This document shows positions 17,950 to 29,400 of a DNA stretch of 64,000 bases, one piece after another. A program made the translations under genes and the position numbers. How positions within the stretch are numbered: the stretch's first letter is position 1; the number at the start of each line of letters is the position of its first letter. Source of the DNA: Dehalococcoidia bacterium (lineage in GTDB: Bacteria; Chloroflexota; Dehalococcoidia; UBA2979); contig CAXXDN010000001.1 in the NCBI GenBank assembly GCA_963667465.2, positions 704,001-768,000 of the forward strand, written 5' to 3'. The notes under the pieces were generated by a model that made no database searches, was not told the DNA's origin, and was given only the letters and a program-made list of their open reading frames with translations.

Positions 17950-18909
17950 GTGCAGTTCGGCATCCACATCATCGTCAACCACCTCACGCTCTCGCCCGCC
18001 GAGGTCGCCAGAGCCGTCGAGGATCGCGGCTTCGACTCGCTCTTCCTCGGCGAGCACACGCACATCCCAGTGCAGCGCGAGACGGCCTACATCGGCCTCG
18101 GCGACCGCACCGCGCCGCAGCCGGGCGAGGGCGCCGACGAGCTGCGCAAGCGCCGCCCGGACCTGCGCGCCAACTTCTGGTACCTCTACGACCCGTTCAT
18201 CGCCCTCGCCGCCGCCTCGGCCGTGACCGGGCAGATCAAGCTCGGCACCGCGATCTGCCTCATCCCGGAGCGCGACCCGATCACGCTTGCCCAGGAGATC
18301 GCGACCCTCGACCAGATCTCGGGCGGCCGCGTCATCATCGGCATCGGCAGCGGCTGGAACCGCGAGGAGATGGCCAACCACGGCGTCGCCTGGAAGGACC
18401 GCCACAAGGTCACGCGCGAGCGCGTCGAGGCGATGAGGGTGCTGTGGAGCGAGGAGGAGGCCGAGTACCACGGCGAGACGGTCGACTTCGATCCCGTCTG
18501 GTGCTACCCGAAGCCGGTGCAGGAGGGCGGCCCGCCGATCCTGATGGGCCAGAACAGCCCGCGGACCTTCGAGCGCATCGTGCGCTACTGCGACGGCTGG
18601 ATCCCCTACCGCATCCCGATCGGCGATCCCGACATCCTGCCCGCCATCGCCCGGCTGCGCCGAGAGTGGGCTGACGCCGGCCGCGACCCGGACGCGCTGC
18701 ATGTCAGTATGAACGGCCCCGCCATCCCACCCGCCGGCGACGACCCCACCGAGGCCGACTCCGCAGTCCTCGACGCCGCCGCCGCCGAGGCCGAGCGACT
18801 ACGCGAGGGGGGCGTCGACCGGCTGCTTTTCAACCTCGGCAGCCCCAAGCGCGACCTCGGCTACCCCACGCTCGACCGTTACGCCAGCTTCCTCAAGCGC
18901 ATCAGCTAG
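17950..18909 (+). CDS. Luciferase-like F420-dependent oxidoreductase (Rv2161c-like)
   Basis: GEHTHIP, DPFIALAAA, ERDPITLA, GWNREE, PKPVQ, DGW. Confidence 0.9.
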   Translation: MQFGIHIIVNHLTLSPAEVARAVEDRGFDSLFLGEHTHIPVQRETAYIGLGDRTAPQPGEGADELRKRRPDLRANFWYLYDPFIALAAASAVTGQIKLGTAICLIPERDPITLAQEIATLDQISGGRVIIGIGSGWNREEMANHGVAWKDRHKVTRERVEAMRVLWSEEEAEYHGETVDFDPVWCYPKPVQEGGPPILMGQNSPRTFERIVRYCDGWIPYRIPIGDPDILPAIARLRREWADAGRDPDALHVSMNGPAIPPAGDDPTEADSAVLDAAAAEAERLREGGVDRLLFNLGSPKRDLGYPTLDRYASFLKRIS

Positions 18910-18929
18910 GCCGGGAGAGGACCACCGAG

Positions 18930-19736
18930 ATGCCGACTGCCCGCATCGACGACACGCTGGAGCTGCACTACGAGCTCGACGACTTCACGCCGCCCTGGGA
19001 GGGCGACGCGGAGGCAATCCTGCTCCACCACGGAGCGGGCAAGAGCGGGAAGCTCTGGTACTTCTGGGTGCCCGGTCTGGCCAGCGACTACCGCGTGATC
19101 CGCCCGGACGCGCGTGGCTTCGGCCACTCCTCGCCGATCCCCGAGGGCTACCGCTACAGCCTCAGCGGCCTCGCCAACGACCTGCGCCTGCTGCTCGACT
19201 CGCTTGGCATCGAGAAGACGCACCTCGTCGGGGAGACGGTCGGCGGGCCGGTCTGCCTGCAGTTCGCCTACGAGTACCCCGATCGCACGCACAGCCTCAC
19301 GCTCTGCGGCGCGCCCTACCGCCTCGACAGGCTGCCGGAGCACTTCCTGCACTCCGCCGAGATCATCCATGAGCAGGGTGTCGAGGCGTGGGCGACGGGC
19401 AACGGGGACCGCCGCTTCGGCGACAAGGCGGACCCGGAGCTGGTGCGCTGGTACCACCACGAGATGGGGAAGACCTCGGCACGCACGCTGATCGCGCTGT
19501 TCGACTACGTGCCGACGGTGGATCTGACGGACATCCTGCCGCACATCCGCGTGCCGACGCTGGTCTTCGCGGGCCTCGAGAGCGGCATCACGCCGCCGGA
19601 CGACTCGCGCTTCATCGCCGCGACGATCCCCGGCGCGCAGCTGGTGGAGATCGAGGGCGCGCCGACCCAGCTGCACATCACGCACCAGGACATCGCGCTG
19701 CCGAAGTTCCGGGAGTTCCTCGCCGGCCTCGACTGA
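18930..19736 (+). CDS. Alpha/beta-hydrolase fold protein
   Basis: LHHG, PDARGFGHS, elbow G-E-T-V-G, VPTLVFAG. Confidence 0.85.
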   Translation: MPTARIDDTLELHYELDDFTPPWEGDAEAILLHHGAGKSGKLWYFWVPGLASDYRVIRPDARGFGHSSPIPEGYRYSLSGLANDLRLLLDSLGIEKTHLVGETVGGPVCLQFAYEYPDRTHSLTLCGAPYRLDRLPEHFLHSAEIIHEQGVEAWATGNGDRRFGDKADPELVRWYHHEMGKTSARTLIALFDYVPTVDLTDILPHIRVPTLVFAGLESGITPPDDSRFIAATIPGAQLVEIEGAPTQLHITHQDIALPKFREFLAGLD

Positions 19737-19791
19737 TTCCGGCCAGTGCCTCGCGTCGCCTCGATCCGTGTGTAGCGCCTGCCGCGCGTCG

Positions 19792-21129
19792 CTACGAGGG
19801 CGAAGCGCCGCCGGCGTCGCCCTGGGCGACCGAAGCGCCGGCGGCGTCGCCCCGGGCGACGGGCAGAGAGGGTTTGACGGCCAGCCAGAAGAACAGCGCA
19901 CCGACCACCGCGGCGCAGGCCAGCACCATGAAGGCGCCCCGGTAGCTGCCCGTCGCGTCAAAGACCACGCCGGCGAAGATCGGCCCGAAGATCATTCCGA
20001 ACATGATCACGAGCGACGAGAAGCCCATGATCCTGCCGAAGGCCTTGCCTCCGAAGTAGTCGGCGCGCAGCGCCTGCATCGCCGGCACGCGCGCGCCCCA
20101 GCCGACGCCCGCGAGGATCCCGAAGATGATCAACATCCAGTAGGCGCTCGCCAGCGCCAGCACGACCAGGCTGACCGCCTGCGCGAGCAAAGCGCAGACG
20201 ATCATCAGTCGCTTGTTCGTCCGGTCCGCGAGGTAGCCGCCACCAAGCTGCCCGACCACCGTCGACACGGTCATCACGAGGATCACGAACGCGCCCTCGC
20301 TGAGCGTGAAGCCCAGCGAGGCGTTCGAGTAGAACTGGAAGTGCACGAAGATCACGCCGATCACGAGCGCCGCCATCCCGTGCCCGAGGGCGAGGAACCA
20401 GAACGCGCGGGTGCGCAGCGCCTGCTGGGTGGTGAAGTTGACCTCCTCGGGCGGTGTCTCGTACCCCGCTTCGCCGTCGCCCGGGCCGCCGTCGATCCGG
20501 TAGCCGTGATCCTCGGGGCGGTGGCGTATGGCGGCGGCGAGGGGGACGCCGATCGCGATGACGAGCAGGCCGGAGACGAAGGCGCCGGTACGCCAGCCGT
20601 ATTCCTCGAGCGCCGGGACGACGACGGGCTGCAGCAGCCCGCCCGCGGAGGTGCCCGTCATCAGCAGCGCCAGCGCCCACGCGCGGTGGCGATAGAACCA
20701 GTGCACCACCGCCACCGTCACGCCGAGGTGCGTGCCCAGGCTCGCTCCCACCGCGATCACGAGGTAGGCGCTGTAGAAGCCCTCGATCGAGTCGATGCGG
20801 CTGAGCAGCATGAAGCCGGCGCCGAAGATCAGCATCCCGACGATCATCACGCGCCGCGGCCCCCAGTTGTCGATCATCCAGCCCTGTGCCGGGCCGAGCA
20901 GCCCGCTCTCGACGCGCTGCATCGCGAAGGCGCCGGCAAGGGCCGCCCGGCTCCAGCCGAACTCGTCCCCGAGCAGCACGACGTAGGTGCCGAAGGCGTG
21001 GAAGAGCAGCGCGCCGTTGATCGTGTGCGTCCCGAAGCCGGCCGCGACGATCCACCAGCCGTAGAAGATCCGCTTGCGCCCTGTCGCGAGGTCCCGTGCC
21101 GCCTCGATGCGTGAGGCCAGCGTCGTCAC
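19792..21129 (-). CDS. MFS transporter (MCT/OFA-like)
   Basis: FYGWWIV, EFGWSR, GGYLADR, ADYFG...FGRIMG, DATGSY. Confidence 0.88.
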   Translation of the reverse strand: MTTLASRIEAARDLATGRKRIFYGWWIVAAGFGTHTINGALLFHAFGTYVVLLGDEFGWSRAALAGAFAMQRVESGLLGPAQGWMIDNWGPRRVMIVGMLIFGAGFMLLSRIDSIEGFYSAYLVIAVGASLGTHLGVTVAVVHWFYRHRAWALALLMTGTSAGGLLQPVVVPALEEYGWRTGAFVSGLLVIAIGVPLAAAIRHRPEDHGYRIDGGPGDGEAGYETPPEEVNFTTQQALRTRAFWFLALGHGMAALVIGVIFVHFQFYSNASLGFTLSEGAFVILVMTVSTVVGQLGGGYLADRTNKRLMIVCALLAQAVSLVVLALASAYWMLIIFGILAGVGWGARVPAMQALRADYFGGKAFGRIMGFSSLVIMFGMIFGPIFAGVVFDATGSYRGAFMVLACAAVVGALFFWLAVKPSLPVARGDAAGASVAQGDAGGASPS

Positions 21130-21280
21130 CGCGCCCGCCCGGCCCGCGCGACGCCTCGATCCGTACCAATCACCATGCCCGCAACTCTACAGGGCTGGCC
21201 GGTGCGTTCATCCCCGGCGTCTGGGCGCTGCCCGCTCCCTGCGGGAGCGGGCCAGGGTACCCGGCTGGCTGCCCGGGGTG

Positions 21281-21988
21281 TTACGCGGGCGCTCCCCAGT
21301 CGGCGGGCCCGTTCTCGGCGATCAGTTCGCCGTCCGCCAGCTCCAGCACGCGCCCGACGTGCTCGATCATCAGCGGGTCGTGGGTGGCGGTGATCACGGT
21401 CGTGCCTGCGGCGCTGATCGCCTGCAGCAGCTCGAAGATCTGCGCGCCGGTTGCCGAGTCCAGCTCGCCGGTCGGTTCGTCGGCGATGAGCAGCGGCGGG
21501 CTGTTCGCGATTGCCCGCGCGATGGCGACGCGCTGCTGTTCACCGCCGGACAGCTCGTAGGGGCGGTGGTCCGCGCGCGGCCCGAGGCCGACGAGGTCGA
21601 GCGCCTCGTTCGCTCGCTGCGCGGTGGCGCGGCCGTGCAGGCCGGCGATGCGCAGCGCCAGCTCCACGTTCTCGCGCGCGGAGAAGAGCGGCAGCAGGGC
21701 GAAGGACTGGAAGATGAAGCCGATGCTGTGGCGGCGCAGCTCGGTCAGCCGCGTCTCGCTCGCGCTGGAGATCTCCTCGCCGTCGAGGTGGACGCTGCCA
21801 CCATCGGGACGATCGAGGCCGGCGATCAGGTTGAGCAGCGTGGTCTTGCCGGAGCCGGAGCGCCCGCGCAGGGCGACGAACTCGCCGCGCTGCACCTGGA
21901 GCGTGACGTCGCGCACGGCGTGCACGACGGCGCCCGCGCCGCGGAAGCTGCGACTCACCTCGCGCACGTCGACGAGCGGCGTGCTCAT
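21281..21988 (-). CDS. ABC ATP-binding protein (LolD/MacB type)
   Basis: GRSGSGKTT, LSGGEQQR, ADEPTG. Confidence 0.93.
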   Translation of the reverse strand: MSTPLVDVREVSRSFRGAGAVVHAVRDVTLQVQRGEFVALRGRSGSGKTTLLNLIAGLDRPDGGSVHLDGEEISSASETRLTELRRHSIGFIFQSFALLPLFSARENVELALRIAGLHGRATAQRANEALDLVGLGPRADHRPYELSGGEQQRVAIARAIANSPPLLIADEPTGELDSATGAQIFELLQAISAAGTTVITATHDPLMIEHVGRVLELADGELIAENGPADWGAPA

Positions 21989-22977
21989 GGCGTCTCCGGC
22001 GGCGGCGCGGTGGGAGGCGTGGGCGGCGGCACGTTCGAGGGCGCGCGCGGCGGCGGCCCGGCGGCCGCGCCCTCGTCCGCGCGCACCTCGATGTGGTCGC
22101 CGACGAGGATCACGTGCGCGCGCCGCCCGAGGCCGAGCGCATCGGCGATGTCGCGCGGCACCTGGAGCCGCCCGCTGCGGTCGACCACGGCGTACTCGTC
22201 GACATCGGACTGCTCCTCGCGGGAGAAGCGCGTGCGGCGCACGATCTCGGCGCTCGTCTTGCCGTCGCGGAAGGCGACGACGCGGTGCACGCGCTCGATG
22301 ATCGAGGCGTCGTGGGTGACGATCACGATCGTCACGCCGGTCTGCTCGTTGAGCTGGGCGAAGACGTCGAAGACCTCGCCGGCGGTCGCGTTGTCCAGTT
22401 CGCCCGTCGGCTCGTCGGCGAGCAGCAGCGGGGGGTTGTTGGCGAGGGCGACGGCGATCGCGACGCGCTGCTGCTCGCCGCCGGAGAGCTGGTCGGGGCG
22501 GTTGCGCGTCTTGTCGCCCAGCCCGACGCGCTCCAGCAGGTCCGTTGCGCGCTCGCGCGCCGCGCCACGCGAGGCGCCCTCGATCATCAGCGGCATCTCG
22601 ATGTTCGCGCGCGCGCCCAGGTAGGGGATCAGGTTGCGCCCGGTCTGCTGCCAGACGAAGCCGACCTCCGAGCGGCGGTAGTCGACGAGTTCCTCGGCCG
22701 GCGTGGTCAGCAGATCGCGCCCGCCCACCTCCACCCGGCCGGCCGAGGGCTGATCGAGGCCGGCGAGGATGTTAAGCAGCGTGCTCTTGCCGGAGCCGGA
22801 GGCCCCGACGAGGGCCATCATCTCGCCGCGGTAGACCTCGAGGTCCAGGCCGCGCAGCGCGACGACCTCGAGTTCTTCGGACTTGTAGATCTTGAACACG
22901 TCCTCGCAGCGGATGTAGGGCTGCTCGACGGATGGAGCGAGGGGTGCGTCGCGCCCGCCGGGGCGTTCGGCGCTCAT
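21985..22977 (-). CDS. ABC ATP-binding protein with C-terminal AbrB-like extension
   Basis: GASGSGKS, LSGGEQQR, ADEPTG; tail VVDRSGRLQVPRDI. Confidence 0.9.
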   Translation of the reverse strand: MSAERPGGRDAPLAPSVEQPYIRCEDVFKIYKSEELEVVALRGLDLEVYRGEMMALVGASGSGKSTLLNILAGLDQPSAGRVEVGGRDLLTTPAEELVDYRRSEVGFVWQQTGRNLIPYLGARANIEMPLMIEGASRGAARERATDLLERVGLGDKTRNRPDQLSGGEQQRVAIAVALANNPPLLLADEPTGELDNATAGEVFDVFAQLNEQTGVTIVIVTHDASIIERVHRVVAFRDGKTSAEIVRRTRFSREEQSDVDEYAVVDRSGRLQVPRDIADALGLGRRAHVILVGDHIEVRADEGAAAGPPPRAPSNVPPPTPPTAPPPETP

Positions 22978-25900
22978 GCGTCACCGACCCGCAGCACGCG
23001 ATGCAGCGCGAGGCGCGCGTAGAGGAGCACGACGGCGAAGACGGTCAGCACGAACACGGCTCCGAGGATGCCCCAAACCAGCGTCACTTCCAATCGCGAG
23101 ACCGCGAGCGCGAACGGCGGGAGTACCTCGGCGCCGCGCTCGTCGAGCGCGAAGAAGTCCATCATCAGGCGTCCCACCTGCAGTCCCACGATCGTGCCGA
23201 GGCCCATGCCGGCGAGCACGACGAAGAGATGTTCCAGCAGCACCACGCCAAACACCTGCACGCGCGAGAAGCCGAGCGTGCGCAGTATTGCGAACTCCAG
23301 TCTCCGCTGCTGCGCCGTCAGGTACGAGTAGATCAGGAACCCGATCGCCGAGAGCAGCAGCACCGCCGCGAACGAGATCGCGAGGATGCCCTCCCAGCCC
23401 GCCGCGATCAGCGGGTCCTCCTCCTGGCGCTGCCGCTCGCCCTCGATGTCGATCACGAAGCGCGGCTGCAGCGCCGCGAGCGCCGCGCTCGTGGCCGGCG
23501 GATCGGCGGACTTGAACCAGGCGCTGTCCAGGGCCAGCGCCTCGCCGGGGAGCGCGGCGTTCGCGTCTACCTGCAGGCGGTTGGCGTGGATCAGCCCGAA
23601 CCCCATGCTGTCGTTGGCCTTGAACGTCGGAAACAGGTCGAACGATCCCGCGTAGCGCGCATCCAGGTACACGCCTCCGATGGTGATCCTCGCCTCGTCA
23701 CCGGGCGCCAGCAGCAGGCGCTGCGCGGTCTCGCTGGAGAGGAAGATCAGCGTGTCGCCTTCGGGGATCGCCTGGCGCACGCCGCGCTGGCGCGGCGGCC
23801 GCTGCTCGTCCAGCCACTCGTAGCGTAGCGAGGTCGTGAAGCCGGGCGGCGCGTCGGCCTCGGCGCGGATCGGGTCGCTGAGCTGGCGCGGGACCAGCCC
23901 CTGCAGCAGCTCGAAGCGGGGATCGGTGAACTCGTGCGCGAGTCGCGCGCCCTCGAACGGCTCGCTGGCCGGTTCAGCGTCGATCGGATCGAAGCCCGGC
24001 CCCGGCGGCAGTGGCGAGGTCATCGCGGGACCGAACAGCACGACGCCGCGCTGAGCGCCGATGGTGCTGCGCGTGCGGACCATGACCGCCTGCAGCACGA
24101 CCGGCGCCTCCAGCAGGGTGGGCTGATTGCGGCGCGAGAGTCCGCGCAGCTGCTGCAGGTCGACGGAGAAGAAGCGCCACTCCTCGGTGGCCGGCTCCTC
24201 CGGCCGCACCGTGCCGAGCCAGGCCTGGAAGAGCAGCCCGCGGTCGTCGCGGAAGACCGCGATCAGGTCCATCGCGGCCCGGATGTCGGGCAGCTTTGCC
24301 CACATCCCGACCTGGCGCGTGTCCGCGGGCAGCGGGGCGTACGTGACCGCCGTCGCGTTGCCCGCGAGTTCCTCCATCATCGAGTCGAGCGAGCGATCGG
24401 CGAAGTCGGAGCGGAACCAGGCGACCTCGCCGAAGGTCTCCGGCTCGATGGCGAGGATCTCGATGCGCGCGATGTCGCCGTTGGCGCTGACCGAGCCGCC
24501 CCGCCGGATCAGCGGGCTTGCCGTCTCCGCCGGGATCGCCGCGATCGCCTCGCGGAAGGCGGCGTCGCCCTTGCGATAGAGCCCGCGCAGATCGGTGGCG
24601 CGCGCGTCGGCTCCGGCCGTGTAGGCGGTGCGGTCGTCGTAGGAGCGGTCGAGCGTGGCGGAGAAGGTCGCCCCGAACATCCCGACGCCGGTGGCGAGCA
24701 TCAGCATCAGGATCAGCCGTGAGTAGTGCGTCGGGTTCCTCGCGAGAGCGCGCGTGCCGACCAGCAGGGCGACGCCGCGGCCTTGCGCCACCAGCCAGGC
24801 GGCGAGCCGCAGCACCAGCGGGAACAGCCTGAGGAAGACGATCCCGGCGGTCAGCATCGCCACTGCGGGGGTGGTGAGCAGGAACGGGTCTGCCTGCGGC
24901 TCGCCGAAGAGCGGCTCCTCGAACAGGTCGTCCTCGCGCCGCAGCCGCCAGAACACGATCGCGAGCAGCAGCACCAGCGCGACGTCGAGGTAGTAGCGCA
25001 GGAACAGCGGCTGCCGCCGCGGGCGCGCCGCGTTGTGCTTGAAGCCGATCACCGTCTGCCGTGTCGCCTGCCAGGCGGGGACCATGAAGGCGAGGAAGGC
25101 GAGCAGCGCCCCCGCGCCTGCCAGCGCGAACGACAGCGCGGAGAGATGGACCTCGAGCGGCGCGCCGCCGGAGAGGTCGGCGAACGCCGGCGTCGGTCCC
25201 AGCGCGGCGATCACCCCGGCCGCGATCGGCGGTCCGGCGCCGACGGCGAGCGCCGCGAGGATCGTGGCCTCGATCCCGTACAGCGCCAGCAACTGCGGGG
25301 TGGTCGCGCCGCGGCTGCGCAGCGTCGCGATCTCCTCGGCCTGCCGCTCGATCAGCATCGTCGAGACGACCAGCAGGTAGTAGGCGACGACGCCGCCGAT
25401 CTGCAGCAGCAGCACGAACAGCGGGATGCGTACGAAGAACAGCTTCTCGTCGAAGGTATCCAGCACCAGCGGGAGCGTTGTCTCGACGCGCAGCAGCCGC
25501 TCCGTCGCCCCGAGGCGGCCCTGCACGAGCGCCACGGCGGTGGACACGGAGGAGGCGATGCGCGAGTCGAGCCGTTCGGGCTCAACCTTGTAGACGTTGC
25601 GGTAGCGCGCCGTCATCGCTGGCAGCGCCCGGGGCGGTTCTCCGAAGAAGCCTTCCTCGGACACGAACAGCAGGTAGGTGACCCAGCGTGTCGTCTCCGA
25701 ATCGAGCAGGTCGGTCTCGCCGTTCCAGTAGCGTTCAGAGCGGTCGTTCGGCTCGAGCAGGCCGACGACCTGGACGCGGATCGGGGCGACGTCCTCGTCC
25801 CAGAAGGGGTGCAGGTCGAGCTGCTCGCCGACGCTGAAGCCCTGCGCCCGCGCCGTCGCGGCGCCGAGCATCACCTCGATCGCCCCGTCCGGCGTCAGGC

Positions 25901-26354
25901 CCGGCTGGGGCAGGCGCCCGGCGGTCAGCGTCGTGTGATCCAGCAGGTTCGTACGGAAGCGGAAGTTCGCGCGCGGTCGCCCCTGGTCCTCGAGATCGGG
26001 CGCGCCACCCGCAGCCGACGGGTAGAAGGTCGCGCTCGTACCCTGCCGCACGATCGCGCTGCCCGCCGGGCCGAGGGCGTCGCGTACGGCCTGGTCGACG
26101 CGTTGCTGCGACTCGGCGTAGAGGTGTGCGCGGATCGCGACGTTGGTCTGGGTAATGCGCAGATCGAGATCGTGGGGCGACTCTTGCTCCAGGGCGTGAT
26201 CGAGCCCCAGGTCGCGGATCGCGTCGGCGTAGATGACGGTCGAGGAGAGGATCGCGCCTGCCACGAGCGTGCCGACGACAACGCTGACGAGCAGCCGCCA
26301 ATTGCCGAGCATGCGGCGGACAGCGAGCACCGGGAGGGAACGGAATTGCCGCAC
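22974..26354 (-). CDS. Large FtsX/MacB-type ABC permease (1126 aa)
   Basis: Two FtsX-type segments (RQAEEIATLRSRGA; RRLEFAILRTLG) with large extracytoplasmic domains. Confidence 0.88.
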   Translation of the reverse strand: MRQFRSLPVLAVRRMLGNWRLLVSVVVGTLVAGAILSSTVIYADAIRDLGLDHALEQESPHDLDLRITQTNVAIRAHLYAESQQRVDQAVRDALGPAGSAIVRQGTSATFYPSAAGGAPDLEDQGRPRANFRFRTNLLDHTTLTAGRLPQPGLTPDGAIEVMLGAATARAQGFSVGEQLDLHPFWDEDVAPIRVQVVGLLEPNDRSERYWNGETDLLDSETTRWVTYLLFVSEEGFFGEPPRALPAMTARYRNVYKVEPERLDSRIASSVSTAVALVQGRLGATERLLRVETTLPLVLDTFDEKLFFVRIPLFVLLLQIGGVVAYYLLVVSTMLIERQAEEIATLRSRGATTPQLLALYGIEATILAALAVGAGPPIAAGVIAALGPTPAFADLSGGAPLEVHLSALSFALAGAGALLAFLAFMVPAWQATRQTVIGFKHNAARPRRQPLFLRYYLDVALVLLLAIVFWRLRREDDLFEEPLFGEPQADPFLLTTPAVAMLTAGIVFLRLFPLVLRLAAWLVAQGRGVALLVGTRALARNPTHYSRLILMLMLATGVGMFGATFSATLDRSYDDRTAYTAGADARATDLRGLYRKGDAAFREAIAAIPAETASPLIRRGGSVSANGDIARIEILAIEPETFGEVAWFRSDFADRSLDSMMEELAGNATAVTYAPLPADTRQVGMWAKLPDIRAAMDLIAVFRDDRGLLFQAWLGTVRPEEPATEEWRFFSVDLQQLRGLSRRNQPTLLEAPVVLQAVMVRTRSTIGAQRGVVLFGPAMTSPLPPGPGFDPIDAEPASEPFEGARLAHEFTDPRFELLQGLVPRQLSDPIRAEADAPPGFTTSLRYEWLDEQRPPRQRGVRQAIPEGDTLIFLSSETAQRLLLAPGDEARITIGGVYLDARYAGSFDLFPTFKANDSMGFGLIHANRLQVDANAALPGEALALDSAWFKSADPPATSAALAALQPRFVIDIEGERQRQEEDPLIAAGWEGILAISFAAVLLLSAIGFLIYSYLTAQQRRLEFAILRTLGFSRVQVFGVVLLEHLFVVLAGMGLGTIVGLQVGRLMMDFFALDERGAEVLPPFALAVSRLEVTLVWGILGAVFVLTVFAVVLLYARLALHRVLRVGDA

Positions 26355-26432
26355 GTCGCGGATTCTACGCGGGCGCCCGGATTCGCGCCCTCCCGGCGGG
26401 TGTCAGAGGCCGCCGCCCGCTAAACTGCGGCC

Positions 26433-29400
26433 GTGGGCGAGCTCTTCTCCGTCTGGCGCTTCGCGCTGCGGCGCTTCGCTGCGAACTGGCCGCTGATGCT
26501 GCTGGTCGGGGCCGGCGCGCTGCTGGCCACCACCGTGCTGGCCGCCGCCCCGATCTACACCGACACGATGTCCGACATCGGCCTGCGTTTCCGCCTGGAC
26601 CGCGAGCTGGACAAGCCGAGCGAGCGAGCGGTCGGCCTCTACGCCGACGGGCTCCGCCTCGGCGACCCGGTGCAGCTGGCGCAGACGCGGGCCTTCCGCG
26701 AGGTCACCGAGGCGCGCGTCGGCTGGCTGGGGCCGGAGATCCTCGTCGAGCAGCGGTCCAATCCGGCGGTGGTGAGCTTCGTCTCCGCCGCTGACGGTTC
26801 GGAGCGGCGCAGCTGGCCCGGCCGGCTGGTCCACCTCAGCGGCTACGAGAACCACGTCGAGGTCGTCGCGGGCCGCCTGCCCTCGCCGCGTGCGGAGGTT
26901 GCCGAGGTGGTGCTCCCGGACGGCTTCCAGCGCGAAGCCGCCGTGGGCGACCGCATCCTGATCACGGCGGGGCGTTACGACGACTGCCGCCGCGTGCCGC
27001 CCGCCGAGGACGCGGAGGTGGCGGCCGACGAGGTGATCTGCCGGCCGACCACGTTCGTGGCCGCGAGCCTCAACGCGGAGGTCGTCGGCTTCGTGCGACC
27101 CAACGACCCCGCCGACCTGCGCTGGCAGTTCTTCGAGGACGGCTGGTCGGTCCCCGCCGAGCCGCCGCGAGGCCGCTCCTTCTTCGGCCCGAGCGGGGGC
27201 ATGCCGCTGCTCACCTCCGGCGAGTACTTCTCCGGGGCGCTCACCACGCAGCTGCCGGAGCTGCTTTCGCGCTACCGCGCGGGCGTCGTGCCGGACCTGC
27301 AGGGCCTGGCCGTGCGCGATGTTCCGCGCGCGCTCGACGACCTCGCGCTCTGGCCGAGCGACCTGCGGGACGGCCTCGGCCTCTTCGTGGGCGGGCGGAT
27401 CGAGTTCGCCGAGGCGCTCGCCCAGTTCCGTAACTCCAGCACCTTCTCGCAGGTGCCGCTGCTGCTGCTGCTTTTGCAGGTCGCGGGCGTCGTCGCCTTC
27501 TACATCGTCGTGCTGACGGCGCTCGCCCGCGAGCGGCAGGCGCAGGAAGTGGCGGTCTACCGCAGCCGCGGCGCCAGCACCGCGCAGTTGCTGGGGCTGA
27601 CGCTGGCCGAGGGCCTGCTGATCGCCGTGCCGGCGGCGCTGCTCGGACCGCTGCTCGCCGTGCTCGCCGTCTCCGCGCTCGGCTACACGCCGGCCTTCGC
27701 CGCGATCACGGGTGGCGAGGCCCTCTCCGCGTCGTTCAGCGAGGACGCCGTGCTGCTCGCCGCCGCCGGTGCAGTGCTCGCCCTCGTGGCGATGCTGCTG
27801 CCGGCGATCGGCGCGGTGCGCCGCGCGATCGTCGATGCGAAGCGCGAGCAGGCGCGACCGCCCGGGCGCAACTGGTTCCGCCGCTACCACCTGGACCTCG
27901 GGCTGGTCGCGCTCGCCGTGTTGCTGTTCTGGCAGCTCGAACGCCGCGGCGCGGTCTTCGACCCGCAATCGGTCGGCGGCTGGCAGGCGGACCCGTTGCT
28001 CCTGCTCTCGCCGCTGGTGATGACCGCGGCGGCGGCCGTGCTGGTGCTGCGCCTCTACTCGCCGCTGCTGCGGCTGATCGCCTGGCTGCTGCGACCGTTG
28101 CGAGGCACCGCCGTCACGCTCGGCATCGGGCGCGCCGGGCGCGACCCGGCGGCCAGCGCGCGCCTGTTGCTGCTCGTCTCCACGGCGGTCGCCGTCGGCG
28201 CCTTCGCCGCCTCCTACGCGCCGACCGTGGACCAGTCGTTCGCGGACCGCGCGCGCTACAGCTACGGCGTCGACCTGCGCTCCAGCGTGGCCGGCTTCGA
28301 GGGGGCGGAGGCCGACGCGGGGCTGGCCCGGCTGCGCGCGCAGGAGGGTGTCGAGCAGGCGCTGGTCGTCCATCGCAGCTCGGCCGGGCTGCCCGGCGGA
28401 GGGCAGGTCCGGCTGTTGGCGATCGACGACCGCGAGGCCGCCGCCTCGATGCTCTGGTTCCGCGAGGACTTCGCGGACGAGCCGCCGGCGCGCCTGCTCT
28501 CGCGCCTGGACCTCGGCGTGCCGCTCGAGAACGGGATCGCGCTGCCCGACGACACGATCGGCTTCGCTCTTGACGTGTACGCGGAGATCACGCCGCGCAC
28601 GGGGCGGCTGCGAGCCTGGGTGGTGGACGCCGCCGGCAAGTACCACGAGGCTGTCTTCGGCGCACCCGTCGCCGGGGAATGGGTGGAGCTCGAGGCCCAG
28701 TTCCGGACCGTCCCGACCCCGCCGCTCGCGCTCGTGAGCCTGCAGACCACGGACCGCCGCATCCTCGTCAACAACGACGGCGCGCTCTTCCTCGACGATC
28801 TGACCGCGCGGCGCAGCGGCGGGGAGCGCGTGCTGGTCGAGGACTTCGAGGGCGAGTTCGACTGGACGATGTACTCGCAGGGCGGGTCGTCCGAGACGTT
28901 CGGACCCTCCGACGAGCGCGCGCAGTCCGGCCAGCAATCGGCGCGCTGGACCTGGACGCGGGAGGTCGGGGAGCGCTCGCGCGTCTTCGCGCCGATCAAT
29001 CCCGCGGTCCCGGTGAACGCGATCTTCAGCGAGAACGCGCTGGCGTTCTTCGGCGTGCAGCCGGGCGGGCGGGCAACCGCGCTCCTCGGCGATGGGTTCG
29101 AGGCGCCGCTGATCGCGCGCGGCTCGGCGCGGCTCTTCCCCACACTCGACCCCTCCGGCTTCGTCGTCGTCGACTACGAGCAATTCCGCGTGCTCACCGG
29201 CGCGATCGCCGCCGAGGGCCAGCGCAAGCCGAGCGAGCTGTGGATCGACTTCGCGGAGGGCGTCACGATCGAGCAGCAGCTGGCCGTTTCCGCCCTCACG
29301 CAGGATCCGGAGTGGATCGGATTCGAGGTCGGCGAGCCGTTGCTGCTGGCCGATCGCCTCGACGAGATCGCCGCGGATCCCACGCTGCAGGCTTCGGGTG

